64,000 bases of DNA from the human T2T-CHM13v2.0 reference genome, Homo sapiens, in NCBI RefSeq assembly GCF_009914755.1, contig NC_060927.1; one strand, 5' to 3'. Every line of letters starts with the position of its first letter. Position 1 is the stretch's first letter. The position numbers and the translations under genes are program-made. Of the stretch, positions 17,859 to 32,774 are shown one piece after another. The notes beneath the pieces were generated by a model. That model was given only the letters and a program-made list of their open reading frames with translations. It did no database searches and had not been told where the DNA came from.

Positions 17859-19334
17859 AAATGTGAAGTAAATCTTAAACTCAGTCTGCCCACTGAAGAC
17901 AGTCAGGGAGTTCTCTCTAAACTCCCTGAAGCAGAAAAAAAAAGTTTAACTATTATCATTTGACTGTTTTGTGAAAAAATATTTCAAGATTTTAAACTAC
18001 AGAGAGGTCAGGAAGTCACTTAAGAGCACACAAAAGAGGTGGGAAAAGGATAACTTAGCATCTATTCTGGTTGACTAAAATATATAGACTATATAGAAAA
18101 TTATATTTACCCGTAGTGTTTTTTAACTCATAAAAAAGCATCTATCTATCCTAAAGAGTAAGCACTCCTAAGGGACTCTAATATTTTCTAAGCCTCAGTC
18201 TACACATTCGAAAGGAAACAACCAAAATAACTTTTCACTTCACATAACTATCATGTTATCAGAACCTTTCAAAGAAAAGGTTACATGGGCTATGGGAATA
18301 TGTAATGCAAATAAAGCAAGCACTGAGATTCAAAAAATTTAAAAACTTGACTATTATACACTATACTTGACTGAAGTCAAAACAATGTAGGACATTCTAT
18401 AGGCAAAATTCAGAGGTTTGCCTAAGTTTGGCAAAATGCTCACACAGAATGAATCATTTAACATCAACATGGATATGCTTGACATCAAAAACAACACAAA
18501 ACACTATCAAATTTCTTCAAGAAAAGAGTTTCAAGTACCATTATAAATATTTGCAATATTTTTCTAATATATAATAAAGGTAAGTGCAAAAGATCTGAGG
18601 GCCTGATGCGTTGTAGTTTTAGCAGGGGAGAGAACTGGACATATTTGATATCAATATGAACACTTATTTTGCCTAAGATTTACTCATATTTGGTATAGTA
18701 AATGGCGCATTTCTTAGAAAACCAATGATTTTAAAGAAGGATAAATTTATTTTCCTCTTGTAGATCATGGCTAACCACAGTATGGCACAATTCTGGAGCA
18801 ATCGGACCTCACCCAGATACAAAAATAGCAAAAAGGACTTTTGCTGCTGGCAGAAAAGTAACAAACAACTTTATTGATACTAGAAGGGCAGTGTTTTAAA
18901 ATTTTCAATTAGGCACTGAAAAAAATCAGGTTTCTGAGATAATACAGAAAGGGAACAATTAAACTGTATTTTATAAAAGGTGAAGTAATTGAATCACTCT
19001 TCAGGGGAAAGAAAGGTGAAGAAAAAGAAAAAAAACCTGAGGTTGAATGCTAAAAATGTGACCCCACCTAAAGCACTGAGAACAATTTAGGCCTTAGTTC
19101 TCTAATTTATGAAATGGGGATAACAGTATCTTCCTTCCTCATTCTACAAAATGTTGTGAAAATTCGGTAAGGATCATAAAAGAATTCAGTAATCAGTAAT
19201 TATTACTACTGTTATAAGAAATTCCAGTTTTACTCCAAAAGAGGTTAATTATAAATGTAAGGGGATTATTACTTTTCAGTATATGCCCCAAATTAAGTAT
19301 CGTTTCAATTTGTTGACTTTTCCTAATTATTAAA

Positions 19335-19750
19335 AACCAAGATGGCTCCCGAAGATTCTCATCTCCTGGTATTCAACTTATTGAGTAATCCTTTCCCATA
19401 GAGTATGGGCTGGACTTCATGTCTCATGTTTAATGAACAAAATAAGGCAGACTCAGTGACTGCATCATAAAAGAAAAGGTGATGTCACTCTCCTTGGCTT
19501 TCTTGTTTTATTCACTCTGGGGGAAGACTATTGTCATGCTGTGAAGAACTAAGGCCTCCAGCCAACAACCACATGAGTAAGCTTAGTAGCCAACCTTCCA
19601 GCCCCAGCTGAGCCATCGGATGACTGTAGCCACAGATGGCAGCTTGACTGCCATCTCCTGAAAGATGATGAGTCAGAACAATCCAGCTAAAGTGCTGACA
19701 TTGTCCTGATCCTCAGGAAACATGTGAGATAATAAATGTTTTTGTTTTAA
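19335..19750 (+). mobile_element. MaLR LTR (MLT1E/F-like)
   Basis: AAGATGGCTCCC...GGGCTGGACTT...GAGATAATAAATGTT pattern. Confidence 0.7.
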
Positions 19751-19751
19751 T

Positions 19752-20618
<867 letters not shown>

Positions 20619-21235
20619 CCTAATAGAGAGCATTTGACAACATTCTGCTTTGCAATTAAAATTTAGTCAGTCACTTCCTTGGTTATATATGAATTACTTT
20701 GTCCATTGGTAGGTATTGTTAGACTTGTCTGGTTTTTTCACAGTAACTTTAGATGCTGTCTGCTTAATTTATTATAAACAAACATATCTTAAATCCGATT
20801 CTTGTATCCACCTATTATATTGCAATAAGCGAATAGCTAGTTGGGTTTTTTGTTTTTTGCTTTTCTTTTCTTTCTTTTTTTTTTCAAATAGGTTTTTCTT
20901 CTGTGATTCCCAGTAAATTTTTAATGGAATTTGACTTTCAGGGAGAAATACCTATAAGGAAAATTATATTTTCATGTAATCACACTGAATCTTATTCTAA
21001 AACTAACCCATTCTTACCTTATTTGTTAAAAAAAGAAAGAAAAGAAAGACTGATTTGCAAAACCTATTCTGGTTCCACCAACTCTAAAATTTTGCTTTCC
21101 AATGTTCATTTTGAAGCCCTGTGCAATTGTTCTTTGCAGCCAGCCTTATGAAGGTTTAAAGAACCTTCATACCTAAAATGCCCATGAAGAAATGTTATTC
21201 CACTAAGGCCAAAGATTCACTCGCAAGTTTTAAAA

Positions 21236-21415
21236 GGCTGGGTACAGTGGCTCATGCCTGTAGTCCCAGCGACTCAGGAGCCTGAGGTGGGAGGATCACC
21301 TGAGCACTGGAAGATGAGGCTGCAGTGAGCCATGATAGCATCATTGCACCCTAGCCTGGGTAACAGAGTGAGACCCCCTGTCAGAAAGAAAGGAAAGAAA
21401 GAAAAAAGAAAAAAA
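21236..21415 (+). mobile_element. Alu right-arm monomer (FRAM-like)
   Basis: Single monomer with A-rich tail. Confidence 0.8.
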
Positions 21416-22244
21416 ATTTTTTAATAAAGTAAAAAGTTTTAAAAACCCATTCACAAAAAAGCAAAATCTTTTAACCACAATTTTCCCCCTCCATTCTGAA
21501 AATACAGACGAAAAATAAGAGGAAAAGGGAAGAAGAAATAAAAGTAAATTTTTATTGATATTACAGCTTCAATCTTAATTTATCCAAAAATATTTCATGA
21601 ACAGCCATTTCCACTATTCAAGGCACTCAAGGTGCACCTGTCCAAAGAAAAAACAAGACCCAGCTCTCATGGAACTTCAAATTTTTTAAATTCAAAAGAC
21701 CAGTCCAGAAAATAGAGTTGGCTATTTTTGCAGAAGCGTTAAGATCCATCACAAATGAGGGGAGCCAAATATTAATAAAATCCTGAATTCCCAGGCTCCT
21801 GTGTGCCACTCTTCTATGCCCTACCATCTATGATTTGCTAACCTAAGTTTTCTAAGACATGCGCTTTACCTGACCATTATAAAGTGATTACTAATGAGTT
21901 ATTTCATTCTGCATGTAAGTTACACATTTTTTTAAATGCTAATGCCAACTATCAGAGTAGTCTGAGGCTTTTTGTTTTGTTTTGTTTTGTTTTATAAAAA
22001 GGTCCCTTAGGCAACTCGAAGTTTCCTTTCGTTTAGCCTTAATGATTATTTTCTGCACCCAGGGAACAGAAGCAGAGTCCATATGGCCTTCAATTTCCTT
22101 AACTTAAATACAGAAAAGTGCAGCAGTAACCAAAACACTTTTCAAACTATTTAAAAGCACCACTTTTCACCACTATATTTTCCTATGGCACACTGTGTGC
22201 TTTTAAAACCATTTGCCTTATATCAGACATTTAACAGGCAGAAT

Positions 22245-22593
<349 letters not shown>

Positions 22594-23166
22594 TTACAAC
22601 ATGTTTTCTGGACATATGAGAATCAAATTTTCTTAGAAAGTGGCTTAAAACATTATCTATAGTTGGCTTAGTGTTTAATTGGAGAGGGTATAATTTAGAT
22701 TGATGTGGAAACCTGCTCCTCCAATTATATGAAAATAGAGGCTTATTTTTTTCATAAACATGTATTATGAAATACTACATAAACTTATAGGACAGTCACA
22801 TATTCAGCATATATATACATATTCTACATTTACAAAAGAATTTCAGATGGTTTGATATAACAGAAACACAATAAGATCATCACATAAAGATAAAAATGTA
22901 GGGTACTTTATAATGGAAAAAATAATTATTATTTTATTAATAGGTAAAATAATAACTGATGAAAAATGGCTACTGCAACTAAGACCTAATTTGATTTTGA
23001 GTTTCCAAACAGCTATCATCATTAGATAAGATCCATACGAGTTCATCCTGCCTATCAAGAAAAGGACTTTTCCCTCTCACTCATAGACAAGCCTATGTGT
23101 AAGGGATACTAAACATAAAGGACAGTGTCTTCAACAAAGTTTTATAGAAGATACAGATTTTCATGT

Positions 23167-23400
23167 GGCAGAGACTGCAAACTGGCAACCCGTGGGCCAG
23201 ATTCAACCCACAGCTGTCTTTTTTTGACCTTCAGTGTCCATAAAAAATTTTGAATTGTTGCCAATATTTAAAACTTCAGATATTTAACATGAGAACTCTG
23301 ACTTCCACCTCCTCTTGAAAAATCAGATTTGGGAACACTGGCCCTACATTTCCAAATGGCAGCAGTTGGCTGGAGCTAACTAATAGCTGTCCCTCCTGCA
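23167..23400. mobile_element. hAT-Charlie DNA transposon remnant (MER102-like)
   Basis: GTGGGCCAGATTCAACCC...TTGCCAATATTTAAAA...CTCTTGAAAAATCAGA...TTGGCTGGAGCT. Confidence 0.65.
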
Positions 23401-23582
23401 CTATCCAGAACACCCTTGCCACCACTTACATCATCTACCCCTGTAAACATACGGTGATCTCTTACAAAAATCTTACTACAAAAGTTGTGTGCAAAATACG
23501 AAACCATGGGTCTCTGAAGGCCAGTCTGTGGGAGGCTACAGTGATGGAGCACATGGCAGGGGACGGTGCTCAGAGTAGGGTG

Positions 23583-23618
<36 letters not shown>
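23583..23618. repeat. (CT)n microsatellite
   Basis: Direct reading. Confidence 0.9.
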
Positions 23619-26600
23619 CCTCTCCCTGCCTGGGCATCAGAACCTCTCAGGGGATCTTTAACAACACGTAGCTAAATTCCAAGGACTTTCAGGACTTTCC
23701 AAGAGTCCTTGGCCATAGGGGAAGAAATCACTGAGAAAACAGTATTTTTACTGTTTTAAAGTAATATCCTGTTTTTGAACAAAAATCATGTATGTAGGAC
23801 TGATACTGAGGGGGTGTGTATTAAAGTATCATGGCTTGTGACCTAGCACATTTGTTCGTTCTAACCAACTGAAAATGTTTTGAAGATCACTCCTGTGTTC
23901 GTGGAGCCCCACCTTACACAACAGATAAGAGGAGGGCTGCTCTGCCTCAAGAAGGATTAGCAAGCCAACCCTGCTTCCACCTCCTGAAGCAAAAACTTGT
24001 TTTCGATGAATGAATGGGTCCCGTGTCACCATGCCCATCACTCTTCAAAGGCAGTTGACTCTAATGGCTCTGCCAAGAGCCAGAGCGCAATCACTGGCCA
24101 AGGAGCTCCCTGGAAAGTTCCTGAAGGGCACGCATTCTATGTTGTTGACTATAGAAAAATCCATAGATTTAGTAGTCTGGCATGCAGCTGGCAAAGCAGA
24201 TACTTGTTACCAAAATGAAAGTGACAGGAAATAGAGGGCCATTCCATGGAAAGCAGATGTAGGAGTAACAAAGGCAGGGTCTAAACTTTCCTCAAGAAAG
24301 GGCTTTGGGTCAAATCAAGGAATGAACTGAAGACTCAGAATTACACACTTTACACACTGTAGGGTGGGTGCTTACAAACTGTGTTTTAAAGCAGCAAACC
24401 CCTTTTCTAAACCAAATCTTAGACTCAACTCCAATTCTGTATATAAAACAGCAACAAATGCAGTTGTCTTCGTATTGGGCAGTGGGTAAGAAGCCAGGAT
24501 TCCCATGTACGTACATCCATTCGTCCTTCCCATAAATTTGGCATTTCCTTGGAATCCTAAGGCTCTATGGAACAGTGTTTAATAAAAACTGCCATAGAGA
24601 ATAAAAGATACAATGTTGGCCTAGAAATTTATAAGGCAGGTATTAACACCGTGACCACAATCGATACTTGTGAACTAAAGCCACTGATCAATTTCAATAT
24701 CTAAATCATTTTCTTGAAACCATTATTGAAATAGACACAACATACCATTAATATGCAAATCAGTGAACAAAGAGCTAACTCTTCCCTGGCAACACTCTCG
24801 TGATGTAGAAATAATTATATTAGAACCAATCACCTGTTCCTGGGCCCTTTGTAACTCTTAAAATGCCTTTTCGACTTACCTACTTTACAAATCTAAATCT
24901 CTGTCTTCTTTAATTCAAATAATTGAGTAACCAGTACCTTTGTCATCTCAAATATTTTAAGAAGAAAAATATATAAACATTTTAAAAAATAATAAACAGC
25001 CAAAAATTTTAAATATTAAGCAACTAGTATCTTGTTCTCTATTCCTTAAAAGGGAGAATCAATTCCACATTTTTCAATATCTGAGCTTAAAATTTGGTTT
25101 CTCAGATCCTTGATTTCATCATCTTTAGTGGTGGCACAACTCAGGGAGTTTTACAAGGCTTAGTTTACAAATTCAGTGTCCATGACTTGAAGACATCACT
25201 ATCAGCTCGAAAAGAAAGGGGTAAACAGTAGTACAGCTGGATCCAGGAGACAGGCCAGATTATTTATGTATCCACAACATTATTTTCTATCCGTCAATGG
25301 TTGAAAAACAAAAAATAAAGATGTTTTCCCTTTCCAAAGAATAAATACAACTGCACTTCAGGGGAAAAAAGTAACCCAAATTTTCAACCACTTACAAAAG
25401 CCTACAACGTTAGACCCCTACAACCATCGAAGCTCATGTGTCTGCTGCACATTCCAAGTAAGTGTATGCCACAGAACCCATACATTCCAACACATTGAGC
25501 AAGCACACACATGCCTCCCCAGCTTCCCCAACCCTCGGCCAACCAGGGGGCAATGGGGCTGCAGGCAGGCCTACACACCAGGCACCACACTGCCAGCCCT
25601 TTCCAGCCATCCCCAAGGAAATGCAAAGGAGAAGGAGAATGAGAGAGGAAGTGGCCGGTGTGAGGCCTTAGAGAAAGAAATGCAAAACCTTTTTTGGGGC
25701 AGGGCAACCACATACTCAGAGTTTTTAAGTGTCAAAGAAAAGAATATGTTGTGTGAGACTCCCAGTCCTGCTGTCACCGTTGGAATCACTTACTATCTTC
25801 CACACACTATCAGTGAGGACCAGTCTTTGCCACGTGCTCTGGAAGTATAGAAAGAAAATGCAGAAGATGTACACATGGTTTAGTCACCTACACTTCTATG
25901 GTCTCCTCCTTTCTCCTCTCCTCCCTCCCTTTCCCTCCTCCCTTCCTTCTTTCTTAATAATTTAAGAGGCTCAACTGCATTTTTTCAGTGTTAAACTGCT
26001 TTTATCATCTACCTCTGACTCTCTTAAATAAAGGGGCACAAAACATTGTACTTCAAAACCTTATTCATACAATGATAAAGAAAAACATCCACTGAAATTT
26101 CGAAGTATGCATTGTTAAAAATCACAAGGATCAGTAGGGACCAAAGTAAAAGGTCTCCATGTAATCCAAAAATACTATATAGCCTATCCTCACATGAGCT
26201 TTTTCAAAAACACCCTCTATTTAATGAATTGGTATGAGGTTAACCTGTCCAAAGAATCACCACTCGATTTTTTGTTTCATTTTTCAAAGAGAAAGAAAAG
26301 ATATAGTAATAAAAATGTCTTTCCTGGTAATTTTTAAAGCTCTATTAGAGGTTCTTGACTGAGGAAAGTAATTATTTTATCTCATAAATTATATAAAATT
26401 ATGTTCTTGTCAAAAAGCATGGCGTCTATCTAGAAGAAAACCTCTTATATATCTCATTTCATTGGTGGTTTAACTGTATCTTAAGTCCTATGTTACTAAA
26501 CCAAAAAAGTAACAAAATGCATGAGATAAAAGTAACAAATGCATAAGATACTTAAGTATTGTATCAAAAAGTGCTTTCACTGACTTTTTCACGTGTCAAA

Positions 26601-29600
26601 GAGGTTTAAAATGTTCTGTTAATAAGGTGAACCATTTTCTAAAAAGCAATTTACAAAAATTCCATTATTTTCCTTCTCTAAGACACAGATATTTTTAAAA
26701 ATACATATAAAAATGAAAGCATGCCAATCTTTGTGCAACATTCTGTATCCTAAACAAAAAAACCTCAAGTTTTTTTTCAGGATTTGAAAAAATATATATA
26801 TCTGGGTCAAAGGCATGGAACAGGCCCTCCTCCCACACTGCATACATGTATGTTTTTTACACTTAACTGTCAACCACAATGATTTTTAAAAAAACCTCTT
26901 TCTCTTTATATAATTATAAATGCTTCTACTATAGGACTACTTCAAGGAAGTTCTTTCAAATTATGACTAACACTTTTAATTCTTTTCAATTATATTAAAT
27001 TAAAAATATACTGAACTTGAGTTCCTAATCTTTCTCAGCATAGGTTTTATATATGGAAATTTTCTCTTATTCTAAGTTAGGAATAATATACAAAGTTACT
27101 TTATAGCCTGTATACATATTATCACAACTTTCTACTTCATTGCTAAGGTTCTGTTGCAGTATTCAAATGAGATGGACAACAAGCCACTGCCTTCTGAAGT
27201 TCTGGTCAGGAGCAAGGAGTTATTTTAGAGTCTGAAGCTTTAGAGCCCTTTGTGTAAGAAGGATAAAGACGGATCTCTTCAGGCTGTGGGGAGGATAAAA
27301 CAGGAAGCCTAGTCCAGTGCCTAGCACGTAGCAGCCACCCAGTATTAGTTAACTCTCTTCCTCTCCCCCATCTCCTGAGTCAGAATTCCACGGAAAATGC
27401 CATATCCCACTCTGGACTGTACTAACTCAAAGAAATGCATGGGGAGTTGGAAATAACCTTCTTTCACCTATTTTTTTTTCCTTGATAATTCCTCTCTCCC
27501 TCCCACCAGCACCATAAACAGTCCATAAGAGTTAAAGGAAACGAAGATAAATGCAGGAAAAGTTTACAGTTGAGGGGAAATGAACTGTACTTCACATGCT
27601 TCATTATTTAGCATATTTTTTTGTGCGATTATAAAATTAATAAAGAACTCAGAACTTTATGGATACTATCCCTATTAACACTCACCCCATAGTCAAGACA
27701 GTATGAGAGGCCCAAGGCCTTATTCAGTACAGAAAGTGACGTAGAGAAAGATACCACCTCTGGGAAAGACCTGGCAGTTCCTACCAGGGAAACACGTAAA
27801 CCACAACACAGCCCTGACCTTTGCAACAGGCTGTCTGAACCCCGTGAAGAACCCACCCAGGAGATTCCTTGAGCTAGACTTTCATTCACCACATGGCACA
27901 TAGTCTTGACCCGGGTGACAGTTCGCTGTCTAATCTGTGTGGCTCAGATGTTGAAAGAAATGTTTGTCTTGTTATGTCAGGAACACAACTGCCGAAAAAA
28001 GCAACATAACAACAACAACAACCCCACAACCTGCTTAGGTATATTCCCCACTTCTGTCTGTGGGCAAGCACAGAGATGGGAAGACGTGCAATGCTACCTT
28101 TAAAATTACCTCTATTTCTAACTATTTTTTTCTAAAAACTATAGCAAAGTACAGATCACTCAGACTGATGTAGCATCATTGCAAAGGTTCAATTCACAAA
28201 TGTATTTTCATATATTTCTACCACCCTCGAACAGCATTCTTCGAACTTTACAACACATTCAGCTGACTTCTTTAATGTAAAACGTTAAATGGGGAGGAAG
28301 TACAGTGGAGCGAGACTCAGGGACCTCAAAAGACCTGGGTTCTAGCCCTACTACTTAATTAACAGTCATGTGGCCTAAACAAATTATTAAGCTTGTCTGG
28401 GGCTGAGTTTCCTCATCCAAAAAAAGAGATAATATCAATTGTCCTATTTTTCACAAAATTATTATTTGGAATAAATGAAATAATGTGTCAAAGAGGCTGG
28501 AACAGCATCAGTACTGTATGAATATTAAGATGCAGGCAAAAAATACTCCTCCCTGAGATAATACTACTACCATTGTTTAAATATCAATACATGAAATCAT
28601 CAACCTTTCTGATCACATTTAAAACAAAAATTTAAAAATTCAAGCTTCCCACTACAGCAAATCCTTACTTTGAGACACATTAATTACATGACAATAAGAA
28701 AAACTGAAAATATAATTCTTATTGCAATGTTCCCATACAAATTTTTCTGGTCATTAGATGCAACATTTATTTTGATATGGGTAAATAAGAGAAAGCTCAA
28801 AACATACATCAGAACTCTTAATTTTCATTTATCAGACTTATTAAAATATCTGCTTTATTTATGAAATGTCCTTGACACTAAACAGAATGGGAAAATCCTA
28901 TCTGAATGTTCACATTTTAAGAAATAAAGTGTAGAACAGATAAATAATGAGGAATAAACAAAATGTATCTCAAAAATACAGATATTATTTAGTGAAAAGC
29001 AGAGGCTTGGGGAGGAGACATAACTATCAAATGATGGAACAGGGCTAGCTTTTGGGCTTGAATGCCTCCTATTAATGCAAAAGCATCCATTTTCACTGTT
29101 GTACTTATTCTATCTCAATATACCATCAAACTCTAAACCAAATTAAAGAAATAATTATTGTATTCCTTCTTCCCTTTGGCAGCCAAGCAACAGAATCTGA
29201 AGTTTTCTACAAAAGAAAATAATTTTTCTTCACTATTTTATGGAGAGACCAGACTAAAGTCCATGATCAAAACAGGAAAAGTAAAACCTTAAAAATAATG
29301 CTCTGAGCACTCTGCAATTTTGCTGCCTAAAATAGAACCCATAGAGTCCATGCCACCAAATGAAAATTATAAGTTTGTAAGCATGAAGTCAAATTATAAA
29401 GTAAAAGATTTAAAATGTTTTAATGGTGATGATAAATGGGAGGAAAGACTTATCTTCATTGGTAGGTGTTTGCTGTTTATTTGCTATTATTTGTTCAATG
29501 ATACTGCTTTTGAATGAATACCCAAAATAATTTGAACATGAATTTGAATATAAGAAGGATAAAACTTTACTAATAAATTCTGGGGGCATGTTTTGTTAAA

Positions 29601-31941
29601 CAGAACACTCCCATCTCTCAATTTAAGAAGTTAATCATAGCTTTTGAGAGATAATGCTTTTGACTGAAAGTTTTAGAGCATGAACTCTTTAAAAATTAGC
29701 TTAGCCAAGCCCACTAATTTCTAACACTGAAAAGAACACTGAAGACTTTTGTGATGTTTAAATATAATTTTTAAAAATATATTTTGAAATGTATAATTCA
29801 ACATTTTTAAGTCTCCAAAGAAACTATTTCAATATAACGCTTCTTCTAATGAAGTTTACTCACTGAGAGCACTTGTGTTATGCAAAATACCATATTGCTT
29901 TTCAAAGTATAGAATTTCTAAATGGAAGTGCATATTCAAATCTTGAATTTTCTGACACTTAAAAAAATGGCTTATAACATCATCAAAGCCTTCACAGAAT
30001 CTTTTGTGACAGGGGATAGCCAAGTGAAAAGGAAGGAGGGAAGATGCTGCACTGATGGTCCTTTCAGTAGCATGCTCACTGTAAAACCTACTCCAGGTAC
30101 CTGTGACTTGGCTTTCACAAGGTTAACCACCTACAAGAGTTATTCATCACTCAAGGCAAATATCACTGCACTGGATTCCCTTTGCCACAGGTTTCAATCA
30201 CCAAGCAACTTTCTTGAGCCTTGTCAAGACTGAATTCCAGAGCAACTGTTGTTCAATTAAAGATCTCCTGCTGCCTCTTCATACCATCTACCTGAAACTG
30301 TCCCCAACAAAAAACATATACACACACTTGCACATACACCACTGAAACAGAGAGAGGAAACATTTAGCTCAAATAATATCCTCTAACAATTCTGACCAAT
30401 TGCTCATCTACTTTTGAGGGTTTCATAGAGGACTTGGAAGAGTGATTCAGCTACAGACAGCAAATATTTAGAAAAGCTTGAAAGTATCAAATATATAAAC
30501 AGTTCCTGTAGAAATCTGGTTTTCATAGCTTTTCTGACTTTTAATAAATGTGCCTAAGTCACTATCCTTTTATGCATAATTCAAAATCATTTACATTTCC
30601 TCAACACAGTACTTGAAAATCTGGAGCAACCTCCACACATTAAAAAAACACAAAAACCATGTGTTTACTCAAAATAATTGTGAAATGATAATTCTGATAT
30701 GCAATTTGTTCTAAATCTTCTTTTAAAAATATTTTAAAAGTTAAATGCTTTTTCTCTTAAAGAAAACATATTGCACTTTAGATCATCAAGTATAAAAGGC
30801 TTTGTACAAATATTACTAATATCCTCTCATCTTCTGTCTACCAAACGATAATCTCAGGTTAACATAATAAAAAACAAAATGCTTAGAACATCTCTTACTG
30901 GTCATCTTATACCTGGCCATAAGTATAAGGAAACACATGAAAAGCACCATTTGACAGCTGCACTACATATCACAAATCACCTTTTGGAATTAATGTTTAG
31001 GTGTTTAGCCATTAAACAGTTTTATAAATTGTTATATTACAATTTAAAATTTTTATGTATTTGGTGAATTGAAAAAAAGCAAGCAAACCATAAAATCTAT
31101 TTTGATGTATAAATCTCATTGGTTTCTAATATTTAATTAAATGATTTAAAAGCATCAAATAACCAGTCTTTTAAAAATGTAAACTAGAATTTTTAACCAA
31201 TATCACCAAGTTCACTTTTTTCTGTATTGCTTCTATTTTAACTCTAATACTTATCTCTTTGAGGTTACAATATGCAACTCTCTAGGGTATTACCTAGCAC
31301 CATGTGAAAAAATTACTAACTTTTTTTTTTCCTGGGAAACTAAAAGTTTAACTCCAAAGCCAAATCAAAAGTAACCTTACAGTTTAATATATATTCTGTG
31401 TTAATATATGTTATATCTACACATGGAATCTATGTAAGTAAATGCAGGTATTAATTTCTAAGTCAACAAATTCTTGAAGTAGGAAGGTACCACACAATTT
31501 TAACCTAATAAAAGTCATTTCTGTTTCTAGAAAATTAAAAATTGATGCAGCAAAAGACTGCAGCAGGGAGGGCCTGAGATTGGATGTTTTTTTTCTTCTT
31601 TTTGGTATTTAATTCAACCATACACAATGTAGTACATACAAGCAAAATACAATTGAGATACTGTTTTCTTTAACATTCCTATAGGAGACCAAATTCATTT
31701 GCATTGGAGTGAACACAATTACTGATTTTTAACTCATGAAAGACAAATTCATAGCTTTTTCCTACACTATCTCATACTATTCACACCATCTCAGTGAAAG
31801 AATGTCTAGAACCACTTAGTTACTTCCTAGAGGTGGGCAGAAACTGCATTTTTCAAAGTTTTGTTTCTCACAGAATCATTCAACTTGAGGTACAAAAGCA
31901 CATTCAAGTTAGCATGTCTTAGTTCAAAACAAGGCATGCAG

Positions 31942-31989
31942 TATGTGTGTGTGTGTGTGTGTATATATACACACACACACACACACATA
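31942..31989. repeat. Compound microsatellite forming a perfect 48-bp palindrome
   Basis: TAT(GT)9ATATAT(AC)9ATA. Confidence 0.95.
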
Positions 31990-32724
31990 ATTTTTAAGTT
32001 AACCTTCAACAACACCAAAAATGAAATTTCTGTCAAGGAAGTTTCCAAAACTTTTAACAGCATTTTAAAGCTTACCAGTTTTTTCCTCTTTAATAAACAT
32101 TTGACCATATGTACTACCAAGAAATATTAATAGAGAAAAAAAGATTCAAACACTTTTATTCAACAGAGCCTGAAACCAACTTACAAAGAGAAATAAATGC
32201 TTTATGTGCGGTTGACATTAGAATAATTTGCATTTAATAAGAATAAAACATACGCTGCAAAAAGAAAAGAGTTTTCTATTTCTAAGTGACCCTGAGAAAA
32301 TAATGGCATCTAGTCTATTATGCTATTATAAAATGATGCCAGAATATTTAACAAAAGATACAACTGGTAAGCAAATGGCATGCCAATAATTTCATAAGAT
32401 AAAAACATCTCCTCCCAAACTATCATTAACCTTAAAAAATCTATTTGAGATACAGATAATCAAACTAATTCTTGAGAAATCAAAGAAATCACTACAATAC
32501 AAAGAAAATGCACTCAATTGTTGAATGATTTTTAAGTAAGCAAGCAATGAGGATGAACTATTTTCTTCCCATTTTCATTTCAACTAACACAAAAACCACA
32601 TATAGAATTGACTTAACACTGCCAAATTTACTTCTAACTTGTTAATATTCACAGAAATGCAACACAAGAACACCAAAATAGTCTCCATATAACATAAAAG
32701 CTTTGGTTTCAAATGTCACAGTAC

Positions 32725-32774
32725 CCTGGATTTAGAAAGCCATCAACGTGGTAGTGTCCAGGACATGAGAACAT
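32725..32774 (-). CDS. IGF2BP2: IGF2BP2 alternative exon in intron 2, N-terminus of short RRM1-less isoforms
   Basis: ATG at 32774 gives MFSCPGHYHVDGFLNP-G, then donor GG|GTACTG in phase 2, the same phase as the exon 2 end. The peptide matches my recollection of the annotated alternative IGF2BP2 N-terminus. Confidence 0.85.

Noticed and set aside
24742-24760. Octamer ATGCAAAT with a SOX-like neighbour (other octamers near 18305 and 41414)
   Set aside because: SOX half lacks the TTGT core; single octamers are expected by chance in AT-rich sequence
26505-26549. Diverged 22-23 bp tandem duplication (AAAAGTAACAAA(A)TGCATRAGAT)
   Set aside because: Ordinary old slippage in AT-rich DNA with no motif gain noticed
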